Source: Acidimicrobiales bacterium
GTDB taxonomy: Bacteria > Actinomycetota > Acidimicrobiia > Acidimicrobiales > Aldehydirespiratoraceae
Direction of reading: 5' to 3'
Length of the DNA: 64,000 nucleotides
Assembly: GCA_029263175.1 (NCBI GenBank)
Contig: JAJCXZ010000106.1
Span: 5,214-69,213 of the forward strand
Program-made: the position numbers and the translations under genes
The notes under the pieces: model-generated
Database searches by the model: none
Told to the model about the DNA's origin: nothing
What the model saw: only the letters and a program-made list of their open reading frames with translations
Part shown: positions 9,479 through 18,601 of the stretch, piece by piece
Numbering within the stretch: the first letter of the stretch is position 1
Layout: each line of letters opens with the position of its first letter

Positions 9479-10659
9479 ACATCGTCACTGTGCCACTACA
9501 ACGGGTGTTTCGGGTCGTCAACGGAGGCACACCGACAGCCGACGAGGCCAACTGGGCAGGCGATGTCCAATGGGCGACACCGGTCGACCTCGCGCGCAGT
9601 GACGGCGGGTTGATCGGGGCTACTGACAGGACCTTGACGCATGCCGGACTCGAGCAGGGCAGCCGTTCAGTGCCCTCGGGAAGTCTCGTCGTCTCGACGC
9701 GCGCTCCAATCGGCTACGTCGGTCAGACAACATGCGAAACTGCTTTCAACCAGGGTTGTCGGGGTTTGGTTCCGAGTTTCGAGTGCGATGTCCGCTTCTT
9801 TCGGTACCAGCTTTCGTCGATGACCGAACTCCTGAACTCGCTTGGGCAAGGTTCGACCTTCGTCGAGCTTTCATCGGGCGACCTTGAGTCTGCGCCGGTT
9901 GCAGTCCCTACAGTGGCGGAGCAGCGGGCGATTGCGGACTACCTAGACGCCGAGACCGCCCGCATCGACGCCCTCATCGCCAAGAAGCGACAACTCATCC
10001 ACCTCCTCGAAGAGCGCTGGCGGGCCCTTGTCGATCACGCAACGTCCACCGGTCACCGGGTCCGCGTTAGGCACTTAACGTCACTACGCACGAGCGGACC
10101 GAGGGGATGGGCAGAGCGGGTGGGTGACACCGGGCAGCCGTTCATAAGGTCAGGGAACCTGACCCGCGACTCGATCGAGATTGACCGCACAGAGTTGGCA
10201 AGAGTCGTACCCCCGAACGCCGCTGAGGCCAGACGCTCTGCGACCGCCTCGGGTGACTCTCTTATTGGGATTACTGGCGCCAACACCGGCTGGGTAGCAG
10301 CGGTCGACTCCGCGACGGACGCCGGGTTTGTCAGCCAGCACGTGGCGATTCTTCGCCCAGACCGAATCGAGCCTCGATGGCTTACCTACTCACTCTTTGC
10401 TCCGCGGTCTCAGGACCAGCTTCTCGGCGGTCAATACGGCGGCACGAAGACTCAGCTCGGGCTCCAAGACCTCGCGGAACTGGTCGTTCACGTGCCCACC
10501 AGCAGCGATCAACGGGTGATAGTCGAGCGCCTAGACGCGGAGCGGCTTCGACGCCGCCGGATGATCCAGGCACTCGAAATCCAGGTCGACCTACTGATTG
10601 AGCGTCGGCGCGCAGCTGTTACGGCAGCCGTGACCGGCACCCAAGAGGCCCCTAGATGA
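9475..10659 (+). CDS. hsdS: Type I R-M specificity subunit S (copy 1)
   Basis: 394 aa. The GTG start overlaps the hsdM stop (GTGA). Two variable halves are separated by the conserved central helix EQRAIADYLDAETARIDALIAKKRQLIHLLEE. The C-terminal conserved helix is LLIERRRAAVTAAVTG. Confidence 0.9.
   Translation: MNIVTVPLQRVFRVVNGGTPTADEANWAGDVQWATPVDLARSDGGLIGATDRTLTHAGLEQGSRSVPSGSLVVSTRAPIGYVGQTTCETAFNQGCRGLVPSFECDVRFFRYQLSSMTELLNSLGQGSTFVELSSGDLESAPVAVPTVAEQRAIADYLDAETARIDALIAKKRQLIHLLEERWRALVDHATSTGHRVRVRHLTSLRTSGPRGWAERVGDTGQPFIRSGNLTRDSIEIDRTELARVVPPNAAEARRSATASGDSLIGITGANTGWVAAVDSATDAGFVSQHVAILRPDRIEPRWLTYSLFAPRSQDQLLGGQYGGTKTQLGLQDLAELVVHVPTSSDQRVIVERLDAERLRRRRMIQALEIQVDLLIERRRAAVTAAVTGTQEAPR
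9925..10014 (+). repeat. 90-bp direct repeat, copy 1 (hsdS1 central conserved region)
   Basis: Hand alignment with 11106-11195 gives 88/90 identical (differences cctAgac/cctGgac and aagcGaca/aagcAaca). Confidence 0.85.
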
Positions 10660-11867
10660 CACGGCTCCGCTATCTGCTATCGCCAACGGACAGAAGGTGC
10701 GGCGACCATGGATCCCCCGAGGATCTGCTGTCAGTCTCCATTCACCGGGGGGTAGTACCTCGCCTGCACGAGACCCAGGACCTACCGCGTGCCGTTGACC
10801 TGGCCGGGTACAAGTTGGTCCGTCGCGGAGACATCGTGCTCAACCGGATGCGCGCATTTCAGGGTGCAGTGGGCAAGGCCCCCTGCGATGGGATTGTCAG
10901 TCCTGACTACATCGTCCTGATGCCGGGGTCCGAGGTCGAGGCTGCGTACCTGCATCACCTGTTCAGGTCACCATGGTTCGTCGCCGAGATGGTTGCGCGC
11001 CTCCGGGGCATCGGTTCGACCGACACGGGTTCCGTTCGGACGCCGCGAATCAACTGGGATGACCTTGGCGACATTGAGGTCTCAGTGCCGGATCGCCACG
11101 AACAACGGGCGATTGCGGACTACCTGGACGCCGAGACCGCCCGCATCGACGCCCTCATCGCCAAGAAGCAACAACTCATCCACCTCCTCGAAGAGAGGCT
11201 GTGGGCTGACGTTGTTCGCGAGGTTGCCGGCTGCAGGCGATTCGTGCCCCTGCGCAGAGCATTGGCGTCGATCGTCGACGGTCCGTTTGGTAGCGCGTTG
11301 ACGTCAGCTCACTACGTCACCGAGCCCGAGACTCGGGTTGTTCGTTTGGGCAACATCGGGTTTGCAGAGTTCCGCGGTCACGACGAGGCATACGTATCGC
11401 ACTCATACGGGACCGAGCTTCGCAGGCACCGGGTCACCAGGGGTGACCTATTGATCGCAGGACTTGGCGACAGCCGCAACCACGTCGGGCGCGCAGTTGT
11501 TGCCCCCGACCTGGGAAAGGCGATTGTGAAGGCTGACTGCTACTGCGCTGCGGTCGACCAGCGCGTAGCCATCCCGGAGTTCCTTGCAGTTGTTCTCTCG
11601 TCACCCCTTGGCCGTGATGCAGTTGGAAAGGCAGGTCGCGGCACTACCCGGTCGCGAATCAACCTTGAGATAGCGAAAGAGGTCGTTCTGCCGCTGCCGG
11701 AACTCTTTGTCCAACGGTCGATCGCCGCTCGGTTCGAGGAGCGCCGTGTTGCGTCGAATCGGTCGAAAGAAGCAGTGAGCACGCAGGTAGCTCTGCTCGC
11801 GGAGAAACGTCAGGCCCTTATCACCGCCGCTGTCACTGGCGAGTTCAGTGTTCCAGGAGCTGCATGA
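10656..11867 (+). CDS. hsdS: Type I R-M specificity subunit S (copy 2)
   Basis: 403 aa. The ATG overlaps the previous stop (ATGA). Central helix EQRAIADYLDAETARIDALIAKKQQLIHLLEE is nearly identical to copy 1. The C-terminal helix is LLAEKRQALITAAVTGEF. The flanking target-recognition regions differ from copy 1. Confidence 0.9.
   Translation: MTRLRYLLSPTDRRCGDHGSPEDLLSVSIHRGVVPRLHETQDLPRAVDLAGYKLVRRGDIVLNRMRAFQGAVGKAPCDGIVSPDYIVLMPGSEVEAAYLHHLFRSPWFVAEMVARLRGIGSTDTGSVRTPRINWDDLGDIEVSVPDRHEQRAIADYLDAETARIDALIAKKQQLIHLLEERLWADVVREVAGCRRFVPLRRALASIVDGPFGSALTSAHYVTEPETRVVRLGNIGFAEFRGHDEAYVSHSYGTELRRHRVTRGDLLIAGLGDSRNHVGRAVVAPDLGKAIVKADCYCAAVDQRVAIPEFLAVVLSSPLGRDAVGKAGRGTTRSRINLEIAKEVVLPLPELFVQRSIAARFEERRVASNRSKEAVSTQVALLAEKRQALITAAVTGEFSVPGAA
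11106..11195 (+). repeat. 90-bp direct repeat, copy 2 (hsdS2 central conserved region)
   Basis: See copy 1. The flanking DNA is not alignable by eye. Confidence 0.85.
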
Positions 11868-14800
11868 TGGCTGGACCGAAGGAGTTCGACTTCGAGACGC
11901 AGATCTGCGACGCGCTGGCCGCCGGCAGCGGCTACGTCGCTGCAAAGGTTGGCACCGCGCAGGAAGGCCCTCCTGACTTCGACCCTGCCCGTGGCCTCGA
12001 CACAGCCGAGCTGTTCACGTTCATCGGTGCGACTCAGGCCGATGAATGGGCGGAGCTGATCAGCCGGTACGGCGGTGACCCGAACGAGGCGCAGCGGCAG
12101 TTCGCCAATCGCGTGGCGAAGGTGATCGACGATCGGGGCACGATCGAAGTCCTTCGCCAGGGCGTCGATGACCTCGGCGTCAACATCCGGCTCGCCTACT
12201 TCAAGCCGTCGACCTCGCTCAACGATGAGACGCTGGAGCGCTACGAAGCCAACCGGCTTACCGTCACCCGTCAGCTCCCGTACGAGACCGCGGGCAACAA
12301 GACGCTCGACCTGTGCCTGCTCGCCAACGGCATTCCCGTCGTCACCGCCGAGCTCAAGACCCACCTCACCGGCCAGACTGCTGAGCACGCCAAGACCCAG
12401 TACGAAACCGACCGCGACTCGGCCAACACCACCCTCGGCAAACGAGCCGTCGCTCACTTCGCGGTCGACACCGAGGTCGCCTGGATGACCACTCGGCTCA
12501 CCGGCAAGAAGACCCGCTGGTTCCACTACAACCTCGGCCGCGACAACGGCGCCGGCAACCCCGACAACCCCACCGGCCACCGCACCTCGTACCTGTGGGA
12601 ACAGCTCTGGGAACGCAATGCCCTGCTCGACATCCTCAGCCGCTTTGTCCACGTGGAACCCACCCCCAAGGGCAAGAAGAGCGAAGGCGCCGTCATCTTC
12701 CCCCGCTTCCACCAGTGGGACGCCGTGCTCCAGATCGCCGACCACGCCCGCACCAACGGCGCCGGCCACAACTATCTCGTCCAACACTCCGCGGGCTCGG
12801 GTAAGTCGAACACCATCGCCTGGCTCGCTCACAGGCTCTCCACTCTCCACGACACCGCCGACACCAAGGTCTTCGACAAGGTCATCGTGATCACCGACCG
12901 TCAAGTGCTCGATCGGCAGATGCAAGAAACCGTTGGCCAGTTCGAGAAGGTCGCCGGCGTTGTCCAGAAGATCGACGAGAACTCCGCCCAGCTCGCCGAA
13001 GCCCTCGAAGGCGAGCAGGCTCGGATCATCATCACCACGATCCAGAAGTTTCCGTTCGCACTCGAGAAGATCTCGTCGTTGCCCGACCGGCGCTACGCCG
13101 TGATCGCCGACGAAGCCCACTCGTCACAGTCAGGGGAGACGGCCAAGGACGTACGGATCGTGCTGCGAGCCCAGTCGGACGAAGAGACGCTCGCGGCCGA
13201 GGAGCTCGAGGATCTCGGGTCGGCCGACGAGGTGGCGGACCCAGTACAGGATGAGCTGGAGAAGCAGGTCAATGCTCGCGGGCCACAGAAGAACATCAGT
13301 TTCTTTGCCTTCACAGCGACGCCAAAGGCACGCACGCTCGAGATGTTCGGCACCAAGGTCGCCGGCGACGATGACAAGCCCACCTACGTACCCTTCCACC
13401 TGTACTCGATGCGGCAGGCCATTCAGGAGGGGTACATCCACGACGTCCTCGCCAACTACACAACCTACGAGACGTACTGGAACATCGAGAAGGCCGTCGA
13501 AGACGACCCCGAGTACGACCCTGGTCGGGCCAAGGCGGCGATCGCCAAGTTCGTCAGCCTCCATGAACACAACCTGGCGCAGAAGGCCGACATCATCGTC
13601 AACCACTTCCGGGACAAGGTCTCGAACTTGGTGGGGGGCGAGGCCAAGGCGATGGTGGTCACGGCCTCGCGGCTACACGCGCTGCGGTACGGATTGGCGC
13701 TGCGGCACTACTGCGCAGAGAACGGCATCAACGACGTTGGCGTGCTCGTCGCCTTCTCCGGCACGCTCACCGACAACGGCATCGACTACACCGAGACGTC
13801 GATCAACGGCTTCCCTGAATCACAGACGCCGTCCAAGTTCGACACCGACGAGTTCCAGATCCTTGTCGTCGCTGAGAAGTACCAGACCGGCTTCGACCAG
13901 CCGAAGCTCCACACGATGTACGTCGACAAGCCGCTCTCGGGCCTCGCCGCCGTCCAGACACTCTCGCGCCTGAACCGCTCGCACCCGAAGAAGGACTCGA
14001 CGTTCGTGTTCGACTTCCGGAACAGCGCCGAGGACATCCGCAACGCATTCGCCCCGTGGTACGTCCGCACCGAGGCACCGCCCACCGACCCCAATCTGAT
14101 GTACGACGCCTATCACCGGATGATGGAGTACGACGTCCTCCGGATCGAGGAGACCGAGGCGTTCGTCTCCGTGCTGCTTGAAGATCCGACCGCGTCGGAT
14201 CGGATCTACGGACTACTCGAGGGTGCGAAGGCCCGATTCTGGGAGGCCCTCGATGAGGAGGAGCAAGGTCGATTCCGTGATGCGCTGAAGGACTTCGTGA
14301 GTGCCTACAGCTACCTCTCGCAGATCGTGCCGTTCGGCGACGCCAAGCTCGAACGCGACTACGTGTTCTGCCGGGCGCTCGCTCGGTTCATCCGTGCGCC
14401 TGGTGAGGAGTTGCCGCCGATCGGCGACGAAGTTGAGCTGACGCACCTCGCCACCCGACTCACTGGCGAGGGATCCATTTCGCTTCCCGAAGACGAGGGC
14501 GAGCTCTCCGGGCGGGGGGAGGTGCTTGGGCGGCCTGGCGTCCCCGACGCCGAGCTTCTGTCTGAGATCATCAAGCGTCTCAACGAACGGTACGGGACCA
14601 GCTTCGACCCAGCCGATCGAGTGTTCTTCGATGCGCTCGTCGAGAAGATGGCGGATCGTCCCGAGGTGCAACAGGCCGCGATGGCCAATAGTCCGGAGAA
14701 CTTCCGGATCGCCATGGCCGATGGGTTCCAGGATGCGGTGATTGACCAGATGGGCGTGGCCACCGACATCACCAAGAACTTCCTGGACAACCAAGACTTT

Positions 14801-15397
14801 GCAGGCGACGTCCTTGGTGCGTACATGCCGCTGCTGCAGACGAAAGCAAAGGTTGCCCACCAGCAGCATTGTCCGCTGGGCGAACTGCTCGGCGGCGAGA
14901 CGTCATGGCTCGAATACAAAGCGTCGCTGCGGACGAATGCCGATGGCAAGAAGTTCCGGTTGATGGAGGCGATGACACTCAAGACCGTGGCGGCGTTCCT
15001 CAATTCCTACGACGGTGGGACGCTGCTGATCGGTGTGACTGACGATGGTGGCGTTGTCGGTCTTGAGAACGACTTCGCCACTCTCCGCAAGGATGGCAAG
15101 GACGACGCTGACCTGTTCCTTCTGCACGTGAACAACCTGATGCGCTCGTCGATGGGGCCCGCGGCGATCACCAACGTCTACACGGAGATCGTTGAGTGGG
15201 GCGGCGAGGCTGTGTGTCGGATGCACGTCAAGCCGAGCGGCTTCCCCGTCGAGGCAACGGTGAAGGTGCAGGAGAACGGCCCGAACGTAACGAAGACCGT
15301 CACCTACGTGCGGATCAACAACGCCACGCACGAGTTCAAGGATGAAGACGAGAAGCAGAAGTTCATCGCCCAGCGATGGCCTGGAGGTGGGGCATGA
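11864..15397 (+). CDS. hsdR: Type I restriction enzyme R subunit fused to a C-terminal Schlafen/AlbA_2-like domain
   Basis: 1177 aa, with an ATGA overlap with hsdS2. Nuclease motif DLCLLANGIPVVTAELK. Motor motifs QHSAGSGKSNTIAW and the DEAH box VIADEAHSSQ. The C-terminal ~175 aa (approx 14870-15394) read ETSWLEYKASL..VAAFLNSYDGGTLLIGVTDDGGVVGL, which fits the AlbA_2 (AAA_4) pattern. Confidence 0.9.
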   Translation: MMAGPKEFDFETQICDALAAGSGYVAAKVGTAQEGPPDFDPARGLDTAELFTFIGATQADEWAELISRYGGDPNEAQRQFANRVAKVIDDRGTIEVLRQGVDDLGVNIRLAYFKPSTSLNDETLERYEANRLTVTRQLPYETAGNKTLDLCLLANGIPVVTAELKTHLTGQTAEHAKTQYETDRDSANTTLGKRAVAHFAVDTEVAWMTTRLTGKKTRWFHYNLGRDNGAGNPDNPTGHRTSYLWEQLWERNALLDILSRFVHVEPTPKGKKSEGAVIFPRFHQWDAVLQIADHARTNGAGHNYLVQHSAGSGKSNTIAWLAHRLSTLHDTADTKVFDKVIVITDRQVLDRQMQETVGQFEKVAGVVQKIDENSAQLAEALEGEQARIIITTIQKFPFALEKISSLPDRRYAVIADEAHSSQSGETAKDVRIVLRAQSDEETLAAEELEDLGSADEVADPVQDELEKQVNARGPQKNISFFAFTATPKARTLEMFGTKVAGDDDKPTYVPFHLYSMRQAIQEGYIHDVLANYTTYETYWNIEKAVEDDPEYDPGRAKAAIAKFVSLHEHNLAQKADIIVNHFRDKVSNLVGGEAKAMVVTASRLHALRYGLALRHYCAENGINDVGVLVAFSGTLTDNGIDYTETSINGFPESQTPSKFDTDEFQILVVAEKYQTGFDQPKLHTMYVDKPLSGLAAVQTLSRLNRSHPKKDSTFVFDFRNSAEDIRNAFAPWYVRTEAPPTDPNLMYDAYHRMMEYDVLRIEETEAFVSVLLEDPTASDRIYGLLEGAKARFWEALDEEEQGRFRDALKDFVSAYSYLSQIVPFGDAKLERDYVFCRALARFIRAPGEELPPIGDEVELTHLATRLTGEGSISLPEDEGELSGRGEVLGRPGVPDAELLSEIIKRLNERYGTSFDPADRVFFDALVEKMADRPEVQQAAMANSPENFRIAMADGFQDAVIDQMGVATDITKNFLDNQDFAGDVLGAYMPLLQTKAKVAHQQHCPLGELLGGETSWLEYKASLRTNADGKKFRLMEAMTLKTVAAFLNSYDGGTLLIGVTDDGGVVGLENDFATLRKDGKDDADLFLLHVNNLMRSSMGPAAITNVYTEIVEWGGEAVCRMHVKPSGFPVEATVKVQENGPNVTKTVTYVRINNATHEFKDEDEKQKFIAQRWPGGGA

Positions 15398-16017
15398 GTG
15401 AGCTCAGCTACGTCTACGTGCTCACGAATCCGGCCATGCCGGGCCTGGTGAAGATCGGGCTGACTGACGCCGACGATCCGACGACCCGGGCCGCACAGCT
15501 CTACACGACGGGTGTGCCGTTGCCCTTCGAACTCGAATACGCAGGACAGGTCGTTGATGGGTCGCTGGTGGAACGGGAGCTCCACAACGCCTTCCGCGAC
15601 CGTCGGGTCAACCCGAAACGCGAGTTCTTCCAGATCGAACCGGACCAGGTCATTGGGCTCCTGCGGCTCCTCAAAGCTGAAGATGCGACGACCTACGTCC
15701 GCAACGAACTCGCTACCGCGATCGAGCCGGAGGAACGTAGTGCGAGCGAGCGCTTCCGTAGCCGGCGACCCCCACTCAACTTCACAGAGATGGGCATCGA
15801 GACTGGCGAGGAACTCGTCTACAAACGAGACGAGACGAAAACGGTTGTTGTCGTCGACGCTCGAACCGTCCGACACGCCGACACCGAAGGTGGGCTCTCA
15901 AGAATCACTCGTGATTTGCTCGGCGTCGACTATTACGTCGCGCCAACCAGCCACTGGACATACCGCGGGCGAAGCCTGCAGGAGATCTACGACGAGACAT
16001 ACGGCGACCCGCTGTAG
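15394..16017 (+). CDS. T5orf172/MUG113 (GIY-YIG superfamily) domain protein
   Basis: ATG 15394 overlaps the hsdR stop (ATGA), with RBS GGAGGTGGGG. Signature: YVYVLTNPAMPGLVKIGLT..RAAQLYTTGVPLPFELEY..ERELHNAF..REFFQI. Confidence 0.8.
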   Translation: MSELSYVYVLTNPAMPGLVKIGLTDADDPTTRAAQLYTTGVPLPFELEYAGQVVDGSLVERELHNAFRDRRVNPKREFFQIEPDQVIGLLRLLKAEDATTYVRNELATAIEPEERSASERFRSRRPPLNFTEMGIETGEELVYKRDETKTVVVVDARTVRHADTEGGLSRITRDLLGVDYYVAPTSHWTYRGRSLQEIYDETYGDPL

Positions 16018-16049
16018 CCGAAGTACCGGGCAAAGGGCAACGGAGCACA

Positions 16050-17738
16050 ATGGAAGCAAGAAACCGACCAGTCGCAGACTGGTTCAACGCAATCAGGACG
16101 GGGCAGATCCTGCTTCCCCGCTTCCAACGCCATGAGGCCTGGGGCCACGCCCAGATCACGGCCTTGCTCGAAAGCGTGCTTCGGGGGCTTCCAACCGGAG
16201 CAGCGCTGATCCTCGAGATTGGCGATGAGCAACCGTTCCTTGCACGGGCCCTGGTCGGCGCCCCCGAGCCGACTGAGCGGGTGACCGAGCACTTGCTCGA
16301 CGGGCAGCAGCGGTTGACTGCCCTCTGGCGGGCATGCCATGACAACTACCCAGATCGGGTCTACCTCATCGGCGAAGAGTTGGACGAAGAGGCCGGCACG
16401 AGTCGCCCGATCGTGCGCGCCGAGCCGACGCGCTGGAAGAACGGAACCAGGTACCCCCTCTGGCTCGACCAGCCGGCCGAGTGTTGGGCGCGGAACCTGA
16501 TCCCACTGCGGTTGTGCTCACCTGATGCCCCGCAGGACGAAGCCAATGCCTGGGTGGATGAAGCAGCCAACGGTGGGCCAACCCGGGAGATAGACCAGGC
16601 GATTCTCGGCTACCGGTCGACCGTCGCCGCATTCAACATCCCGTTCCTGAGTCTTCCGACCGGCACTCCTCGAGAAACTGCCCTTGACGTCTTCATCAAC
16701 ATGAACACAAGTTCGGTTCGGTTGACCTCATACGACATCGTCGTAGCTCAGTACGAGGCAGCTACCGGGGAGTCGCTCCATGACCAGGTAGAGGAGCTTC
16801 AGGCCGCCGTCCCACGCCTCAACGACTACCGCAGCGCCGAGAACCTCCTCCTCGACATGGCGGCACTTCGAGAGGACAGGCCGCCTAACCAGGCGTCGTA
16901 CCACAGGCTCGACCTCGCCCATCTCAACGACTCGTTCGACGAACTCGTCAGCGGCGCGGCGTTCGCAATCGAGATTCTCGAAGGCGAAGGAGTGTTTGAC
17001 GGCGACCGTCTGCCCACCGTCGCCGTACTCCCAATACTTGGCGCGTTGGTAGGCCACGTCCCACCCGGCGGCGATGAGCGCGGCAACGCAATCGGCTTGC
17101 TTCGCTCGTATCTGTGGAGAGCCTTCAGCACAAACCGCTACGAGGCAGCGGCAGCCAACCGAGCGCTCCAGGACTACCGAGGGCTTCGAGGGGAGCTGAC
17201 AGCGAGCGCCAGGACCGCACCGATCTTCGACGAGCAATTCCACGCGCTTCCAGGCCCGGACGAGCTGAAACAGGCGCAATGGCCAAAGAACCGCGAGACG
17301 CTCGCGCGAGCGATTCTCTGCGCCTCCCTTCGACGGGGTGCCTTCGATCTTGCCGACGGGGCCAAGGCGACGGCTGCAAACATGGGAAGTCGTGAGTATC
17401 ACCACCTGTTCCCTGACGCGTACCTTCAACAGAACACAGAGGCTTCTCGCCAGCAGATATACCGCGCACTCAACTGTTCGCTGATCACCTGGCGAACAAA
17501 CCGTCGGATCAGTGCGAAGGCCCCACTCGTCTATCTGCGCGAGCGCGTAGAGGCCTCGTCGCTTGGGGAAGACGAGATCCGACGACGGCTGGAGTCTCAC
17601 CTGATCCCATGGGACGAGTTCGCCAAGGCGTCAGATGCGGATGTGCACGGGTCCTACGAGCGTTTTCTCGATGCTCGTGCGGAAGTCGTGGCCGGCTATC
17701 TCCAGGAGCTGTGTGCCGGCCGGGAGCCGAACGGCTAG
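16050..17738 (+). CDS. GmrSD-family DUF262/DUF1524 protein (putative modification-dependent type IV restriction enzyme)
   Basis: 562 aa. DUF262 motifs: LLPRFQRHEAW and LLDGQQRLTALW. C-terminal His-Me finger: REYHHLFPDAYL..ALNCSLITWRTNRRISAK. Confidence 0.82.
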   Translation: MEARNRPVADWFNAIRTGQILLPRFQRHEAWGHAQITALLESVLRGLPTGAALILEIGDEQPFLARALVGAPEPTERVTEHLLDGQQRLTALWRACHDNYPDRVYLIGEELDEEAGTSRPIVRAEPTRWKNGTRYPLWLDQPAECWARNLIPLRLCSPDAPQDEANAWVDEAANGGPTREIDQAILGYRSTVAAFNIPFLSLPTGTPRETALDVFINMNTSSVRLTSYDIVVAQYEAATGESLHDQVEELQAAVPRLNDYRSAENLLLDMAALREDRPPNQASYHRLDLAHLNDSFDELVSGAAFAIEILEGEGVFDGDRLPTVAVLPILGALVGHVPPGGDERGNAIGLLRSYLWRAFSTNRYEAAAANRALQDYRGLRGELTASARTAPIFDEQFHALPGPDELKQAQWPKNRETLARAILCASLRRGAFDLADGAKATAANMGSREYHHLFPDAYLQQNTEASRQQIYRALNCSLITWRTNRRISAKAPLVYLRERVEASSLGEDEIRRRLESHLIPWDEFAKASDADVHGSYERFLDARAEVVAGYLQELCAGREPNG

Positions 17739-17740
17739 CT

Positions 17741-18601
17741 GTGGCCGAGGATCAGCTCGACCTTTTCGCCTCGAGCGATCCGCCACCGGACTACCCCCTG
17801 ACGCTCGGACACGCCACACTCACGGCTGTCCCAACACGCTCGATCCTCACTCGGGCATCGGGCTTCATGTCGGACTACGACTACACACTGAATCCGTATT
17901 CCGGGTGTAGCTACGGCTGCACCTACTGCTATGCCGCATTCTTCGCCCGATCCGAGGAGCGGCGCGACACCTGGGGCCGATGGGTCGAGGTAAAGGAGAA
18001 CGCCCTCGACGTTCTTCGACGGATGCGGAGCGATCTACGCGGCAAGACCGTCTACATGAGCAGCGTTACCGATCCATACCAGCCGATCGAGCGGCGTCTC
18101 GGGCTGGTGCGCTCGCTGCTGGAGGAGCTTGCGCCACGAGGAGTCCGCCTAGTGGTCCAGACGAGAAGCCCGATCGTTGCGCGCGACATCGACGTGTTGG
18201 GTCGATTCGGTGCAGCACGAGTGAACATGACCGTCACCACCGACAGCGACAGGGTCCAGAGGGCGTTCGAACCGCATTGCCCGACCAACCAGAAGCGGCT
18301 TGCCGCGATCACCGAGGTTGCCGCCGCCGGGCTTCCCACTGCGATCACCATGACGCCGCTGCTTCCCCTGGAAGATCCAGAGTCATTCGCCACCGAGCTG
18401 CATTCCACCGGCGTCCGCGACTTCGTAGTCCAGCCCTTCCACGCAGACCGGGGCAAGTTCATCGCTGGTACCCGCGACGCGGCGCTTCAGCTAGAGCGGG
18501 AGATGGACTGGACGGCGGAGCGCTATCGAGCAGCGGTGGCGGTCCTTCGAAGCCAGCTCCCGGGCCTGAAAGAAGGACGGGAGGGCTTCGCTCCCGAATG
18601 A
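17741..18601 (+). CDS. Radical SAM protein, SplB/COG1533-like
   Basis: GTG 17741 lies 2 nt after the previous stop. CxxxCxxC cluster: NPYSGCSYGCTYCYAAFF. TIM-barrel-like remainder (VYMSSVTDPYQP, LVVQTRSP). The ORF-track start at 17609 lies inside the upstream gene. Confidence 0.78.
   Translation: MAEDQLDLFASSDPPPDYPLTLGHATLTAVPTRSILTRASGFMSDYDYTLNPYSGCSYGCTYCYAAFFARSEERRDTWGRWVEVKENALDVLRRMRSDLRGKTVYMSSVTDPYQPIERRLGLVRSLLEELAPRGVRLVVQTRSPIVARDIDVLGRFGAARVNMTVTTDSDRVQRAFEPHCPTNQKRLAAITEVAAAGLPTAITMTPLLPLEDPESFATELHSTGVRDFVVQPFHADRGKFIAGTRDAALQLEREMDWTAERYRAAVAVLRSQLPGLKEGREGFAPE

Noticed and set aside
17980-18597. Upstream 206 codons of the MTase-helicase ORF-track entry. The 17609-17740 extension of the radical SAM ORF is a similar case.
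   Set aside because: Both are Arg/Pro-rich, and each overlaps a well-supported gene in another frame (17980-18597 the radical SAM gene, 17609-17740 the GmrSD-like gene). The ATGA and GTG starts at 18598 and 17741 give compact operon junctions.
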